A stretch of DNA of 63,996 bases, filler included, from Octopus bimaculoides (GCF_001194135.2; 10 parts of 9 records of this genome joined end to end with filler, not necessarily neighbours in it), one strand, 5' to 3'. Shown: positions 25,520-38,984, counted from the whole stretch's first letter. Notes: a model not told the origin generated them from the letters alone. Numbers and translations: made by a program.

Positions 25520-25930
25520 GATCATGGTTCTCTAACCGGTAAATTCGCTGCGGAAATTTATCAGCTGCCGAGCTCTTTCCGGTTTACCGCGCCAGAATTA
25601 AGACATTTGAAATATACCCTCAAATATAACTGCCAGAACTTTATACACGTTCTCTTTCGGGAGGACGTCTAGTGTCTGGTTCTGTGAATTATGTTTTTCA
25701 TGCTATGGCTTCACTGACGAACCACGGACATATAGATTTTGTGAATGTTAATGGAGAAACCTAGGTATGGAACTTATTGTCAAATTTTGTATCTTTTCAT
25801 TTGTCTTTCTCGTTTTATATTCTAGCGTTTGCTGAAATTTTTTGAGAACACATTCTTCGTGGTTAGAGGATTTGGCGTCTGTCTTCTTCTAGCATATTAA
25901 GAGTCCACCTTGGTGGTTATCCCTCTTATA
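25520..25930 (+). mobile_element. Hammerhead-bearing interspersed repeat, copy 2
   Basis: Shares blocks such as aaccggtaaatt.gctgc.gaaattta, gcgccaga.t.aagacatttgaa and ttcttcgtggttaga with copy 1, in the same orientation. Confidence 0.6.
25710..25771 (+). ncRNA. Minimal type I hammerhead ribozyme motif, copy 2 (cleavage triplet GUA)
   Basis: TTCA-CTGACGA-A-CCA...TGG-A-GAAAC-CTAG-GTA-TGGA: core intact, stem I TTCA:TGGA, stem II CCA:TGG plus GACAT:ATGTT, palindromic CTAG loop. Confidence 0.75.
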
Positions 25931-27528
25931 TATGTATATATATATATATAATGTTGTAATCCTTTCTATTATAGATACAAGGCCTGAAATTTGGTGGGGA
26001 GAGGCTAAGTCGATTGCATCGACCCCAGTTCTTAACTGGTATTTAATTTACCGACCCCGAAAGGATGAAAGGCAAAATCGACNNNNNNNNNNNNNNNNNN
26101 NNNNNNNNNNNNNNNNNNNNNNNNNNTTAATTAATTAANNNNNNNNNNNNNNNNNNNNNNNNNNNNNNNNNNNNNNNNNNNNGGCACATAAAAGACACCA
26201 TTTCGAGCGTGGCCGTTTTCGTGCAGGTGACACGTAAAAGCACCCACTACACTCTCTGAGTGGTTGGCGTTAGGAAGGGCATCCAGCTGTAGAAACTCTG
26301 CCAAATCAGACTGGAGCCTGGTGTTGCCATCCGGTTTCACCAGTCCTCAGTCAAATCGTCCAACCCATGCTAGCATGGAAAGCGGACGTTAAACGATGAT
26401 GATGATGATGATGACAAATATGACTAATAAAATAAGTCAAGCAATAATGTTTATTTTTTTACCTTTCCATGTGAAATATATCAGTTATGTTTTTTCTTTG
26501 ATCGCCAGTGCACCTCAGTCAAAAATACTGATATTCTTCAGAGGCCCAGAAACAGCTGTGATGGTGCCAACTATCACTTCACCTGAAAGCTTTTCATCAT
26601 CATTATCATCTAACATCCGTTTTTCCATGCTGACATAGATTGGATGGTTTAACAAAAGCTGGTAGGTCAGAAGACTGTACCAAGCTCTACTGTTTGCCTT
26701 GGTATGGTTTCTATGGCTGGATGCCCTTCCTAATGCTAACCACTCTGCAGTGTATTCGGGATTCTTCATGTGGCACCAGCAGCAGTAAGGCCACCAAATA
26801 ATTTCAAGATAAAACCCCTCGACTGAGGGGGGCGGGGAGTAGTTTTGAGGAAGGTGGCTTTGTACCAGATGAGAGGTCAGAGCATGAGCAGAGGAACAAA
26901 AGTACCTCTAAATACAAAACCTATTCGTACTCATCAAAAAATATGTGATGCACAATTTTAGATTCATCATGCAAAGTGGTAAACCATCTAAAAATTCTTA
27001 AAGAAAAACAGCATAAAATCCATTGAACTCTCTCAGAGAGATCAGGTTAAAACATTGTCATCAATTTCTCAACTCCTGCCAAACCTTCACATTATCATCA
27101 TCACTTTAAAGTCCACTTAACCATGAATGCATAGGTCAGATAAGATTTGTTGAAGCACTGGAATTGAACCTGACACTATGATTGCAGGGAAAGCTTCTTA
27201 ACCACACAGCCATCCCTAATTCCATACCAATATTATTGAATTGCTGTTAACCATTTCTTGAGTTTATAATCTCATAGTTCATTGTTTTCTATATACAGAG
27301 GTGGGGGGAGTGATGTGGTGGATGTTGTGATTCTACTTTCCTTTAACCTTTTAGCATCTAAATCAGCAATAACTGGCCAAAAATATTCTGTTTTACATTC
27401 AAACCAGCCAGAACTGACATCTCACATCTACCCTACAATATCATTCAAATATAAACAGTCACTTCATCTCCATCACAATGCTACGAGATAATGCTTGATT
27501 AATTCAAAACTACGTGAATAAATAAGTG

Positions 27529-27777
27529 TAGGGTGTTCAAAAAGTCTCTCTGCAGTGAATTTTTTTTTTTCATCCTGACTCTCCAAGATGTATTTCAAAA
27601 CGTGTAGAAGAGTCAATTTATGTATTGAAAATGAAGGTCGACACTTTCAACACCTCTTATAATGTTTTTTAAAGTCTTGTAAAGTCTAATATATTCTTTT
27701 GTAGTTTTATACCATCTTATAAATATTTATTTTGCAATAAAATACTTACTGTGGAGAGACTTTCTGAACAGCCTGTA
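27529..27777 (+). mobile_element. MITE of the same TIR family as 4023-4262, carrying the transposase C-terminus
   Basis: TIRs TAGGGTGTTCAAAAAGTCTCTCTGCAGT / TACAGGCTGTTCAGAAAGTCTCTCCACAGT; internal RRVNLCIENEGRHFQHLL*. Confidence 0.85.
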
Positions 27778-28065
27778 TTACATTTGACGAAATTATCAAT
27801 GAATTTATGGTGGGCAAGTTCTCTCCCTTGCTTAAAACAAATTGAATCAGTATCATTCAGTGATATACAAAATGTAGGAGTGTAATGATAAGAGACCAGC
27901 ATCCTAAAGACTTTATTCAACAACTGATGCCACAACTCATCGTCCAGGTTGACGAAAGAACTCACCCACTATGTGATACAGAAATTAACTAAAAGATGCA
28001 GTATTAGAATATAGACTTTAAGAAGAAACAATAAACTGAGATATTACAAATGAATAAATCATAAG

Positions 28066-28270
28066 TTAAACCTTTAGTGTTCATATTACTCTGTCGAATG
28101 TAATGCTTCTTTATTTTCATTAGTTTGAATTAATCATGTATTATCTTGAAGTTTTGAGATTTTGATGAGGAGATTATAGGGTAGGTGTGACATGCCAGAT
28201 CTGGCCAGTTTGAACATAAAACAAGGTTGAATATTTGTCCCAAATATGGCCACTGAAAATGAAGGGTTAA
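28066..28270. mobile_element. Second piggyBac-like MITE family (opposite-strand copy from 27343, interrupted by the Tc1 MITE at 27529)
   Basis: TTAA at both ends with CCT/CCC termini; reverse complement aligns with 27343-27528 plus ttacatttgac at 27778. Confidence 0.65.
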
Positions 28271-29689
28271 TAACCCTTTTTATACCAATCTACCTAAAAC
28301 TCTACTTGGTTCTATGATAAAAGATCTTCCTGTTTTAAAGTGATCTAAATTAAAATCTTGCATCAAAATTTCATGTCAATTTATTATCCAAACACCAGAT
28401 TATTTCATTAAATTCTTTTTTAATTTTTTAAATTAACTGAAACAACAGTGTCATAATCATCACCATTTTAACATCCATGTTTGCATGAGCTAGACAGAAT
28501 CCTTTCAGGCAAAGTCTTTGGTTGGGTGCTCTTCTAGTCACCAAGCCTCACCTGTTTCCAAGCAAGGTAATATTTACCTAGGACCAGACATATTTCCACA
28601 GAAGTTTGGGAATGAAGGACACCACTTGCATAAAACAACACTTATTTACACCTATCATACGAGGTCGAGACAAAGATACATCACAGCCTACAAAACTAGA
28701 CACCAATATCAAAGCATTATCATCGTTGTTGTCATCATCATCATCATCATTTAATGTCCACTTTCTATACTGGCATGTGTGGGATGTAGTTTGACAGGAG
28801 CCAGCCAGGCAGAAGCCTGCACCAAATTTCTGTGACTGTTTTGGAAGGATTTTTACAGCTGGATGCTCTTCCTAACACCAACCACTCAGCAGAGTGGACT
28901 TAGTGCTTTTTACGTGACACAAACACAGGCGAGGTCAGTTTTGGCAAGGTTTTTACAGCTGGATGCCCTTCCAAACACCAACCACTTTACAGTGTGGACT
29001 GGATGCTTTTTAAGTGCATCTGCACTGACAGGGTCACCAAGTACATGCAAGACAAAAGAAAATCTTTTCAAAGAGATGATCTTGTGCCAGATGATGAAAG
29101 GTTATAGTGAGAGAGAGAGACAGAAACACAGGTGTCTTGCAGTTGAGGAGGTACAAGGTTACCCAGCTGGAGTGAGAGAGAGAGGGGGGAGAAAGAGAGA
29201 GAGGGGGGAGAAAGAGAGAGAGGGGGGNNNNNNNNNNNNNNNNNNNNNNNNNNNNNNNNNNNNNNNNNNNNNNNNNNNNNNNNNNNNNNNNNNNNNNNNN
29301 NNNNNNNNNNNNNNNNNNNNNNNNNNNNNNNNNNNNNNNNNNNNNNNNNNNNNNNNNNNNNNNNNNNNNNNNNNNNNNNNNNNNNNNNNNNNNNNNNNNN
29401 NNNNNNNNNNNNNNNNNNNNGGGGGAGAAAGAGAGAGAGGGGGAGAAAGAGAGGGGGGGGGAGAGATCAAGAATGAAGATAGAAACAGGTGTGCTGCTGA
29501 AAGGAGATACATGGTTACCCAACCTGAGAGTGAGTGGGAGACAGCAGGATAGGGATAGTGGCAAAGTGGGCATGCTCACAAGGGACAGGGATCAAAATAT
29601 AAATGGGATGGTTGAGTAAAGGAAGAGAGATATATAGATGGTGGCAAGTGCCAGTGCATCACCTTGAGGTTCAAAGGTCATAATATAAT

Positions 29690-32600
29690 CATTGTCATCG
29701 TTTAACGTCCGCTTTCCATGCTAGCATGGGTTGGACGATTCGACTGAGGACTGGTGAACCGGATGGCTGCACCAGGCTCCAATCTGATCTGGCAGAGTTT
29801 CTACAGCTGGATGCCCTTCCTAACGCCAACCATTCTGAAAGTGTGGTGGGTGCTTTTACATACCACCGGCACAAGGGCCAGTCACACGGTACTGGCAACG
29901 GCCACGCTCAACATGGTGTTTTTATACATGTCACCTGCACATGAGCCAGTCCAGCGGCACTAGCAACGACCTCGCTTGAATGATTTTCTAACGTGCCAGT
30001 AGGTGACACTGGTAACGACCACGCTCAAATGGTGCTATTTACATGCCACTAGCACGGAAGCCAGACAGCTGCTCTGGCAATGATCATGCTTGGACGGTGC
30101 TGTTAGTGCTCCACAAAAGAAGCATGATCAGAGAGTGGGAGGGAGTGAGTGGCAAAAACCTGGGTATGGGGGGTACTGGATAGCAATGATACAGAGAGAC
30201 CGCCGTAAGGACAGGATTGAGGAGTGAGAGGTAGGCACAGTGTATGAAGGAGATGTGAGGAAGAAAAAAGATGTAGAGATGTAGATTGGATTGCTGGGGT
30301 AGGGTGTGCGAGAAGTTTTCTTGGTACATGTGGGTAGAATACACAGGTCNNNNNNNNNNGGGGGGGGAGCAGATAGTAATGATACAGTGAGACAGGGTGT
30401 GTGGGTGGAACGCACAGGTTGGGTGGAGGGGAGTAGCAGATAGCAATGATACAGTGAGACAGGACCAAGAGGACAGGGTAGAGGAGTGGAAAGTAAGCAT
30501 AGTGCATGAAGTGGAAATGTGAGGAAGAGAAGAGATGTAGTTTGGTTTGTTGTGGTAGGGTGTATGGGAAGTTTTCTTGTTAAGTGTGGGTGGTACACAC
30601 AGTGCTTCTAGAACTCAGTTTCGCTGACGCGGGCAGGTCTTCTCAAGAACCTCATATCACCAGACATCTTGATCCATTGTCATTTTCTCCATGAGGACCA
30701 ACATCCTGAGATCAGTCCTCACCACTTCGTCCCATGTTTTCCTAGGTTTCCTTCTTCCACGGGTGATCAGCACTTCTTTATGCAGCTGTCCTCATTCACA
30801 CGCATCACAAGTCCAAACCAACATAGTCTTCTCTCTTGCATGCTACATTTGATTCCTCTTATGCCCAACTTTTCTCTCAATACATTTGCACTTTGCTGTC
30901 CATGCACACTGATGTTGCACGTCCAACAGGGCATACCTACCTTCATTTCTCTCCAGTCTACGCATGTCTTCTGCACTCAGAGCCGCCCATGTCTCACCAC
31001 CATGGAGTATAGCAGTTCGTACACAAGCATCATATAGTCTACCCTTCATTCTGAGAGAGAAGACTTTTGTTGCCAACAGAGGTAATAGCTCTCTGAACTT
31101 CCTCCACCCTATTCTTATTCTAGAAACAATACTTTCAGAGCATCCTCCACCATTGCTAATTTGGTCACCTAGGTAACAGAAACTATCTACATCCTCAAGA
31201 GAGCCTCCTGGGCATTTGAGGGAATCTAGTTCCCGTGTGCCCTTAGTGCTTATTGTTCCTGCACATCTGCTACTGTACCACTGTACATAGCTTGGACAGC
31301 TCTAACAAGCCACTTCTCTACTCCTAACCTCCTTAGAGACCACCATATAACAGAGCAGGGAACTCTGTCAAAAACTTTCTCCAGGTCAATGAAGGCTAAG
31401 TACAATGGCTTACTTTTGGCCAAGTACTTTTCCTGCAGCTGTCTCACTAGGAAGATGGCATCTGTAGTACACTTCCTAGGCACAAAACCAAACTGCATCT
31501 CATCTAGTTTAATTCTATTTCTAATCAATTGAGCTATAACCCTCTTGGTAACTTTCATGACTTGGTCTAGCANNNNNNNNNNACTTGATTAACTATATGG
31601 GTGACTAAGCTGTATCCTACACTACTGGAAATTTTAATCATCTCAGCAGCGATTCCTGATGGCCCAGGGGCCTTTCCCTGTCCTCATGTCCTTCATTGTC
31701 TTATCTATTATGCTGCTTTCAACTGTGATTGCTGGTCCCTCAATTGGTTCAATATTTGGTAAACTCTCCTTCTCCCATTCACTTCTCACATTTAGTAACC
31801 TTTCATAGTGATACTTCCATGCATTTTCCTTCTCTGAGTCACTAAATGCAAGCATACCATGATCCATTTGCACACATTTCTTACCTACCACATCTCTATT
31901 TTCTCTGATACACTGCTTTGCAATCTTGAACACCTCATGCCTCTGATCCCCATGTTGTAGGACATTTGCAAATCTCTTACCTTCAGCTATTCCTTTTGCT
32001 ATGTAAACCTGACGCCTAGCTACCTGATATAATTCTCTGCTTCCATCATTTTCCAGGACTGTCTCTTTGCTTTCAAAACACTGTCAACCCCCTTGCTCCA
32101 CCACATCTCCTTTGGTCTAGCTGGGACTCTGCACCAACCACTGATTTCATCCATCAAGAACGTCCAGTTGTCCTCTAAGCTATGTGTCCCCAACACTTCC
32201 TCTCTTTCGTCAGAAGCTTCCATAAGGAAATCTCTAAATTTTTGTCTGTTTGCTAGGTCTTTGAGCTTCCATAGTCTTCTTTTCCAGATTTGGTTCATTT
32301 CTCCTAGTCTTTCTAGCTCTAATTCTGAAGTCACTAACTCGTAACTTATGTTGGGTTCTACACGCTTCACTTGGAAAGACTTTGTATTTTTAAACATTCA
32401 TCTATCTCATTGCCTGGTGAGGAGGTAGTCAATCTGGTTTATGTGCCCACTAGACTGATAAGTGATTAAGTGGCTGGCAGGTTTTTTGAAGTTAGTGCTG
32501 CAGATCATAAAATCATTTGCATCACAGAACTCCAGCAGTCTTGTTCCCTCCTCATTTCTAGGTCCAAAACCATAGCCTTCATGCACTCCCTGGAATCCAT

Positions 32601-33090
32601 GGGGATGCTGTTCAACATGTCTATTGAAGTCATCGGCCATAATAACAAAGTCTTTGTCACTTGTCATTGAGGTAGTCTGCAAAAGGACCTCATAGAATCG
32701 GTCCATCTGCTCATCAGCCAGCCCAGACTGAGGAGCATAGACAGAGATAAATGTAACTGTTAATTTATCTATAAGTTTTATCTTAATTACCTATCACATA
32801 CTCTGACTACCTCAATTACCTTATCTACCCACTTCTGCTAACAGTATACCTACGCCACCTACTCTATTCCCCCTGCCAACCCATAAGAATTTGAATCTCT
32901 GTCTCTTACTCATGAGGAATCTAGCTGAGGCTTCCCTCCATCTTACTTCTTGCACATCAGACACATCAATATGGCATTGCTCCAACATTTCAATAATCTC
33001 CCTACTCCTTCCTTTCATTGTGCCAACATTGATGGTAGCAGCCCTCAGATTGAGTACTTGGGAGTGGTGGTGGGAAAGCAGTTGTTGAAA
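29690..33090 (-). mobile_element. RTE-clade LINE, decayed and internally deleted (APE endonuclease, partial RT, 3' UTR)
   Basis: TINVGTMKGRSREI..QEVRW, GYGFGPRNEEGTRLLEFC, QIDYLL, QFGFVPRKCTTDAIFLVRQLQEKY...AFIDLEKVFDRVP, FCYLGD, LHGGETW. Coding remnant ~30615-33090; extension to 29690 through the 3' UTR is inferred. Confidence 0.9.
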
Positions 33091-35429
33091 TTTGTCATCA
33101 CCTGAAAAAATCTGTGCAAATGCTTACCAGCTAGCACAGAGCTTTGGTACATATTTTACTCAGTGAAATACAATGGGTTACAGTTTCCCCCCATTTTGTC
33201 CAATATCCAGAGCAAGAGCCAACAAGAGATGAAGTGGGTATGAGAATAGGGAATGTAGGTTGACCTGAAAGAGAGGAATAGGCTGGTTACATAGGACAGT
33301 TTAAGTATTATATGTCTAAAAATTTAAATATGAGATACCTTTAACAGTATATGACACTCATCTGGGTGCCTGCATGAGGATATAAGAGTATAATCAAAAT
33401 AAGTACTCACACATAGCACAGAAGTACAAGTCACCAGGTGAAAATGTTAATATACGAATTAAAATGGTGGTGGGAGGTGCATAACGGGTGTGCAAAATGG
33501 ACGCTGGGTACAGACCTTGTGCAAACTAATTGGATGCTGGGCATAGACCTTGTGCAAACTAAGTTTATGCACTACACAGCTAGATGGGCTTAGAAGAAAA
33601 GCGAGCAATCAAGCAGTTGATTCATGAATGGCAGTGAAAGCTTAATAAGACTATCTACTAAGAAAAACAACCAATGTCAATGTAAGTAATCTCCACAAAC
33701 TCTTTCCATTTTACTAGAATGAAGGACAACTCATAACAAGACTAAGTTATAAAAATCAACAAACAAGCATAACAAATATGTATTCTCATCATCATCATCA
33801 GCTGCCAAAAAGATATCACTATGGTTTCCACACCAAAGCAGTACCACTCAATCTGGTTATGTTGACCATTAAAAACAAACACTGCCTGGGAATCAATAGT
33901 AATCAGCAGGAATGAAATAGTATAGTATGTTCGTTGTGCCAACACCTGCTTGTTGCTACTAGCAATAACATCAAATTAATTAGTATTAACTTATATTTAC
34001 AAAACAGTACCTATAAAACAAAGAACTTACTCCCAAAAAGAATACCAAGATCATAGTACAAAGAAACAAGTGAACTAAACATATTAAGGAAAAAAAACTA
34101 ATCAACCACCTACAATCAGCGTGATAATACCAACCCAAGGAACAGCAAACCAAGAACTTAAAATATAAACACTATACAACAAACACAGAGTACAAAATAC
34201 ATTGTTTCTATATCTATGTCATATATCACAAACATTGTGGAAACTGTTCGCTTGTTACCACAAAAAGAGATATCTTGGTATCAAGATACAAAGAAAAATG
34301 ACTGACCGGAAATACAGACTTCACCAACAATTCAAGGAACATAGCAATATGACAGTCTTGTGGAAACTTAATTTATTCTTTTCTACTCTAGGCATATCCT
34401 GAAATTTTGGGGGAGGGGGCCAGTCGACCCCCATATGCAACTGGTTCTTAATTTATTGACCTCAGCAGAATTTGAACTCAGAACATAAAGACAGATTAAA
34501 TACCGCTAAGCATTTCACCCAGCATGCTAACATTTCATCTAGTTCGGTGCCTTATACTGTTAATTTATTAACACAAAAAGAGATACATATGTACAGTTGA
34601 TTTATATCCTTCAAGTGCAACAACTCTTTATCTGTTTGATCATAAATATGTTCAGAAGTTTATTGTAGAAATTGTTACATAACAGCTGCGGCTTCTTAGA
34701 CGTCCAAACCTTGACTCACTAGTCATAGATAATCTTGGCTTTTTTTTTTAACAATATTTTGTTCTGTGTTTTCTTTTAAATTTCCCAATGCTATCATACA
34801 CGATGTTGTCAACGTCTACAAAAAATATGTGGCACCAATTCATAAAATAAAAAAAATCACAACAAACATGAAACCACACCAAAGACAAGCCCAATAAAAA
34901 CTAGCAGAGCAATATATCCCATAGCCAATGTCCTTGAACAATGTACAAGAAGAAAACAAGCACAGATCAATATCTATAAAATATGTTCAATATTATAAAA
35001 TAAATTAACCAAATAATTGCTTTTAATTAAAATGGAATTAAATTAAAAATTATATCTAAAAATATATAAAACAATAAAGACAAAGCAAACAAACTACCTA
35101 AAACAAATTATAACTATTATAATGTCCTAACTACAAAAAGACTAAATAATCCATTATTAATTAAACAGCCATTTTGTCCATTACCTGACAACGACTTAAA
35201 TTACTTGAATTATAGAACAAACAAATATACATGGAGTTTAAATCAACATATATACCTAAGAACAATAAACATTTAAAATTACTAAAACAAGGGCTTCTTT
35301 CAGTTTCCATCTACCAAATCCAATCACAAGGCTATAGAAGACATTTACCCAAGATGCTACACAATGGGAATGAACCAAAAACCATGTGATTGGGAAGCCA
35401 ACTTCTCAACCACACAGCCACATCTAAGT

Positions 35430-38000
35430 CTATTGTATCTCAATAAAAAATAAGGTGACAGAAGGACTGAGTCTTTCCAATGGCTTGGTCATTCTCTTTG
35501 AACAGCAAAGTTTGTTAAAAGATACAGCAGGATACGTTGAAATTATTTCAATAATTCTACCACTGAAAGAATCTCCCTCCTGAGAAATAGTATTAATGTG
35601 AAACAAAGAATGAGAACCAAGAATGCTATTGAGATTAGGATCTGATAAGTGCAACCTTGCTAGCTTTAGTTTCACCTGGAAATGTCAGGAATTGCAACGA
35701 ATAAAGTGAAATAGTTTCTACCAACTCCATTAATATCCCAAACAAAAAACTAAAACTTGTAACTACAATCAAGTGGTCTGGTTTTAGACTACCAAAGGAA
35801 CACTTTCGTATGGGTTTACATTTTTTATATCTTAGAGCATCAGGAGAAATTAGACAAGATCAGGAGACATCAACTGGAGACAGGTGAATTAAAAGAAGGT
35901 GGGGCAATCAATAGTCTTATATTGGCAACAGTTGAAAGAGATCAAATTGGGTGAAGTACTCCAAAACAAAGGCCTTCCCAATAAGCTTCTAGAAAATTCT
36001 ATGATTTCAGAGTTAATAGTTCTGATTTGTGTACTGTCTGATTTGTTCTCTGGCACTGTCCATTTCCTACAGGAATCCTCTTGGCACAATTCCTTGTTTT
36101 AGGAAATTTATCACATCTGTAAACATAAGTTCTACCATTGTGGATAGTGCCAGGAGTTCCAACTAAAGAAAATTTGCTCTTTAAAACATCAAACAACAAC
36201 TCTTTTCATACCAACCTGCCTGAGACCACCCCTGGTTTATGATTTAAATTAAAACTTTCCATCAAAATATTCTGTTCATTTATGTTCCAAACACCAGCTT
36301 AATAGTGACAATTTTTTTCACTTAATCCATTTTTTCAAAATTAATTAAAAGACAAGGTATTTCATTTGGAATCAGATAGCAAAAAGGTTAAGAGAGGATA
36401 TCTACACAAGTAGATACAAGAAGGTGATATTCATCAGCCATTAAAAGGTAATCAACTTGAGGTAGTTTCAATCTTTGAAGGAAACCCCATAAAATATATT
36501 TTACAGTCTGAATAGCCTTCATGAGGAATTGACCCAGAGAACTGTGAGAAATAGGTTTTGGTTTGGAGTCTATCAAACAGCCATAACAGACTTTACAAAA
36601 TATTCAGAAATAAAAATGTAAGATTATTTTTCCTTTACGTAATACAAGTTTTCTCACACCAAGGTGACATACTTTAACGTGAATACATTAAAGAAATTTA
36701 TAATCTGGGTCAAACAGAGAAGTATACTGCAGATAAGACATAAATACACACCTTCCACTTTAAACATTGATAAAAATGTCAAAATTATATACAGAATGGC
36801 TGATTCACCAATGTGATTTTTTTGTCATTCTTTTATCTTGCAATGAAAGGATTTCTCAAAAAAATTACTCTGACACTTTGTCAGTCTGTCATGAAGAATG
36901 TGTCACAATTAAGAACAGAAAACCTCAATAATTGCAATGGATTCTTTCTCAATAAGAATATTCAAACAATTCACTGTTGGAGTGAATTGTTCAAGAGCAA
37001 AAGGCAATGGGGTGCCCTGTTTGTGTTGCAGTTAGAACTATGTTGGTGACATCACTCTCAAAAGTAAATGGCACAGAGATGTTGATAGCATGAAAAACAA
37101 ACTTGTTCTATATTGACTTTAATATTTCTGAAGGTGATAACAGGTTCTTCAAAAATTGGTAAAATGGTACATTTCACTATTTCACTTTATCAGGAAAAAG
37201 TAATTTGTAGTAAAAGACAACCAACCCAATGAATTTAAGTGGCAACAGTCTACCAGGAGGGTCAGGAGTTCTTTTGTATCATGAAAGTATAACTATTTAC
37301 CCATAGAATCTCATGCGTTTTTTGTGGGGAAAAAACCCCCCATTTTTGATAAATAAAGTGATATTTTTAGATGTTTAGCACATGACAGAAATGCTTTTAA
37401 ATGTCTGTCATAATCTTCCTTAGATATACCAACATAGAATGATGTTATTTAAATATGTGTAGGTAGATCCAGTCAGTTATTCTGTCAGATAATTTGACTT
37501 GACGCCCACTGAAAACATATACAGTATAAGAGTCTTGTATACTGATGTCATTGTTCCAAGACTTGAATAGTAACATAAAGATAATCTTTCACAGCCAATG
37601 GCAACTGATACTAGGCATGTTTTGTACTGACCTTACTAAAACCAGGAATGCTGCAATTCGGCAAATATTGTTTCGTCAATGACAGGTAGCATAAAAGTAT
37701 TAATAAGTGTACCAATATTGACATGATAAGGTGTCTTTTATGATTTTCATTTTTCGGTTACTATGACCTTTGAATTTGGAACCATTCACAATATCACTTC
37801 AAGTAGGCATAGCAATAGGCGTAATATTGGTGAATGATGAAACTAGTGGAATCCTTAGGCAAATGAAATTTCACAATGCTAGATGGACTTCTGAGCCATT
37901 AACCATTACTCTTCAGGAACTGAGTAATCTTGGTACTATGCACATGAGACACAGGAACCGAGTTAAATCATTTTTGATAGTGAGGTACTTTTCAGAATTC
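35430..38000 (-). mobile_element. Heavily decayed Ty3/Gypsy pol (RT, RNase H, integrase)
   Basis: Frameshifted motifs in Gypsy order: ENHKRHL, KHA*YQLPL, TYLNNIIL(C)GISKEDYDRHLKAFL (37444-37455 at the YxDD position), PDPPGRLLPL, GHPIAFCS (36994-37017), EKESIAIIE, YLLMADEY (36428-36451), FSLVGTPGTIH, GNGQCQRTN (36041-36067). No LTRs identified. Confidence 0.8.
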
Positions 38001-38984
38001 TCCACATTACATATGACGTATTTATTTTGACACATTATATTTTTACTAACCAATAGAAAGAGGTTGTGAGAACCAATTTACATTTGATTATCTGCACACT
38101 TCATCACTTTGAAGAACTTTTAAGTCAAATTTACATAAGTTTTTGAAATCTGGTACTTAATTTATCAGTCCCTTGGGCCAAACCACTAAGTTTCAGGGAA
38201 GCAAAGAGTGGTAGGGGAACAAACACAGATACACACACACATATATGTGACAGGCTTCATTCAGTTTCCGTGTATCAAATTCACTCAAGGCTTTGATGGG
38301 TTCAAGGATATAGTAGAAGACACTTGCCCAAAGTGCCATGTAGTAGGGACTGAACCCAAAATTCTTCAGCTGGGAAGCAAGCTTCTTAACACACAGCCAC
38401 ACCTATATATTTAACTGTTGTTATTTACGACCACCAAATACTGTAATACCTACAAGACAGATTCCTCATGGATTTCTATTACAGTCTACTGTGACAAGAG
38501 GTGAAAACTAATATTACTAATATTAATGTTATGGTAACACAAACAGATAACTTAACATTAATTTGCTGAACCAAGATATACATTAATTGAGAAGCTACAA
38601 GCTGACAGAGTCATTAATGAGTTAGACAAAATGCTGAGTGGAATTTCATCCACTTTTACATTCCAAATTCAAATTCCTCTGAGGCTGACTTTGTCTTTCA
38701 TTCTGCTTTGGAATTGATGAAATAAGTATCAGTTGAGCACAGGGGTTGACAGAATTGACAAACCACTTAAATCCAAAAATTTCAGGTCCTGAGCCTTTAG
38801 TAGAAAGAATTATTATTATTAAATTCCGCTGAAGTCGACTTTAACTTTCATCTTTTCGGGGTCGATAAAATAAGTACCAGTTGAACACTGGGAGTCAATG
38901 TAATAGACTAATGCCCCAAAATTGCTGCCCTTCCTTGTAGCAAAATTTGAAACCATTATTATTACCACAATTAATCGTTGCCGG

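Noticed and set aside
26515-26600. Acceptor-like ttcag|GT GAA GTG... as an MMP exon
   Set aside because: All frames close quickly and none resembles MMP.
27717-27990. 82-aa minus-strand ORF as an upstream MMP exon
   Set aside because: No PRCG, furin or HGD motif; partly overlaps a MITE end; no convincing donor.
36070-36122. Apparent terminal host exon DVINFLKQGIVPRGFL*
   Set aside because: Better explained as a frameshifted piece of the Gypsy integrase core.
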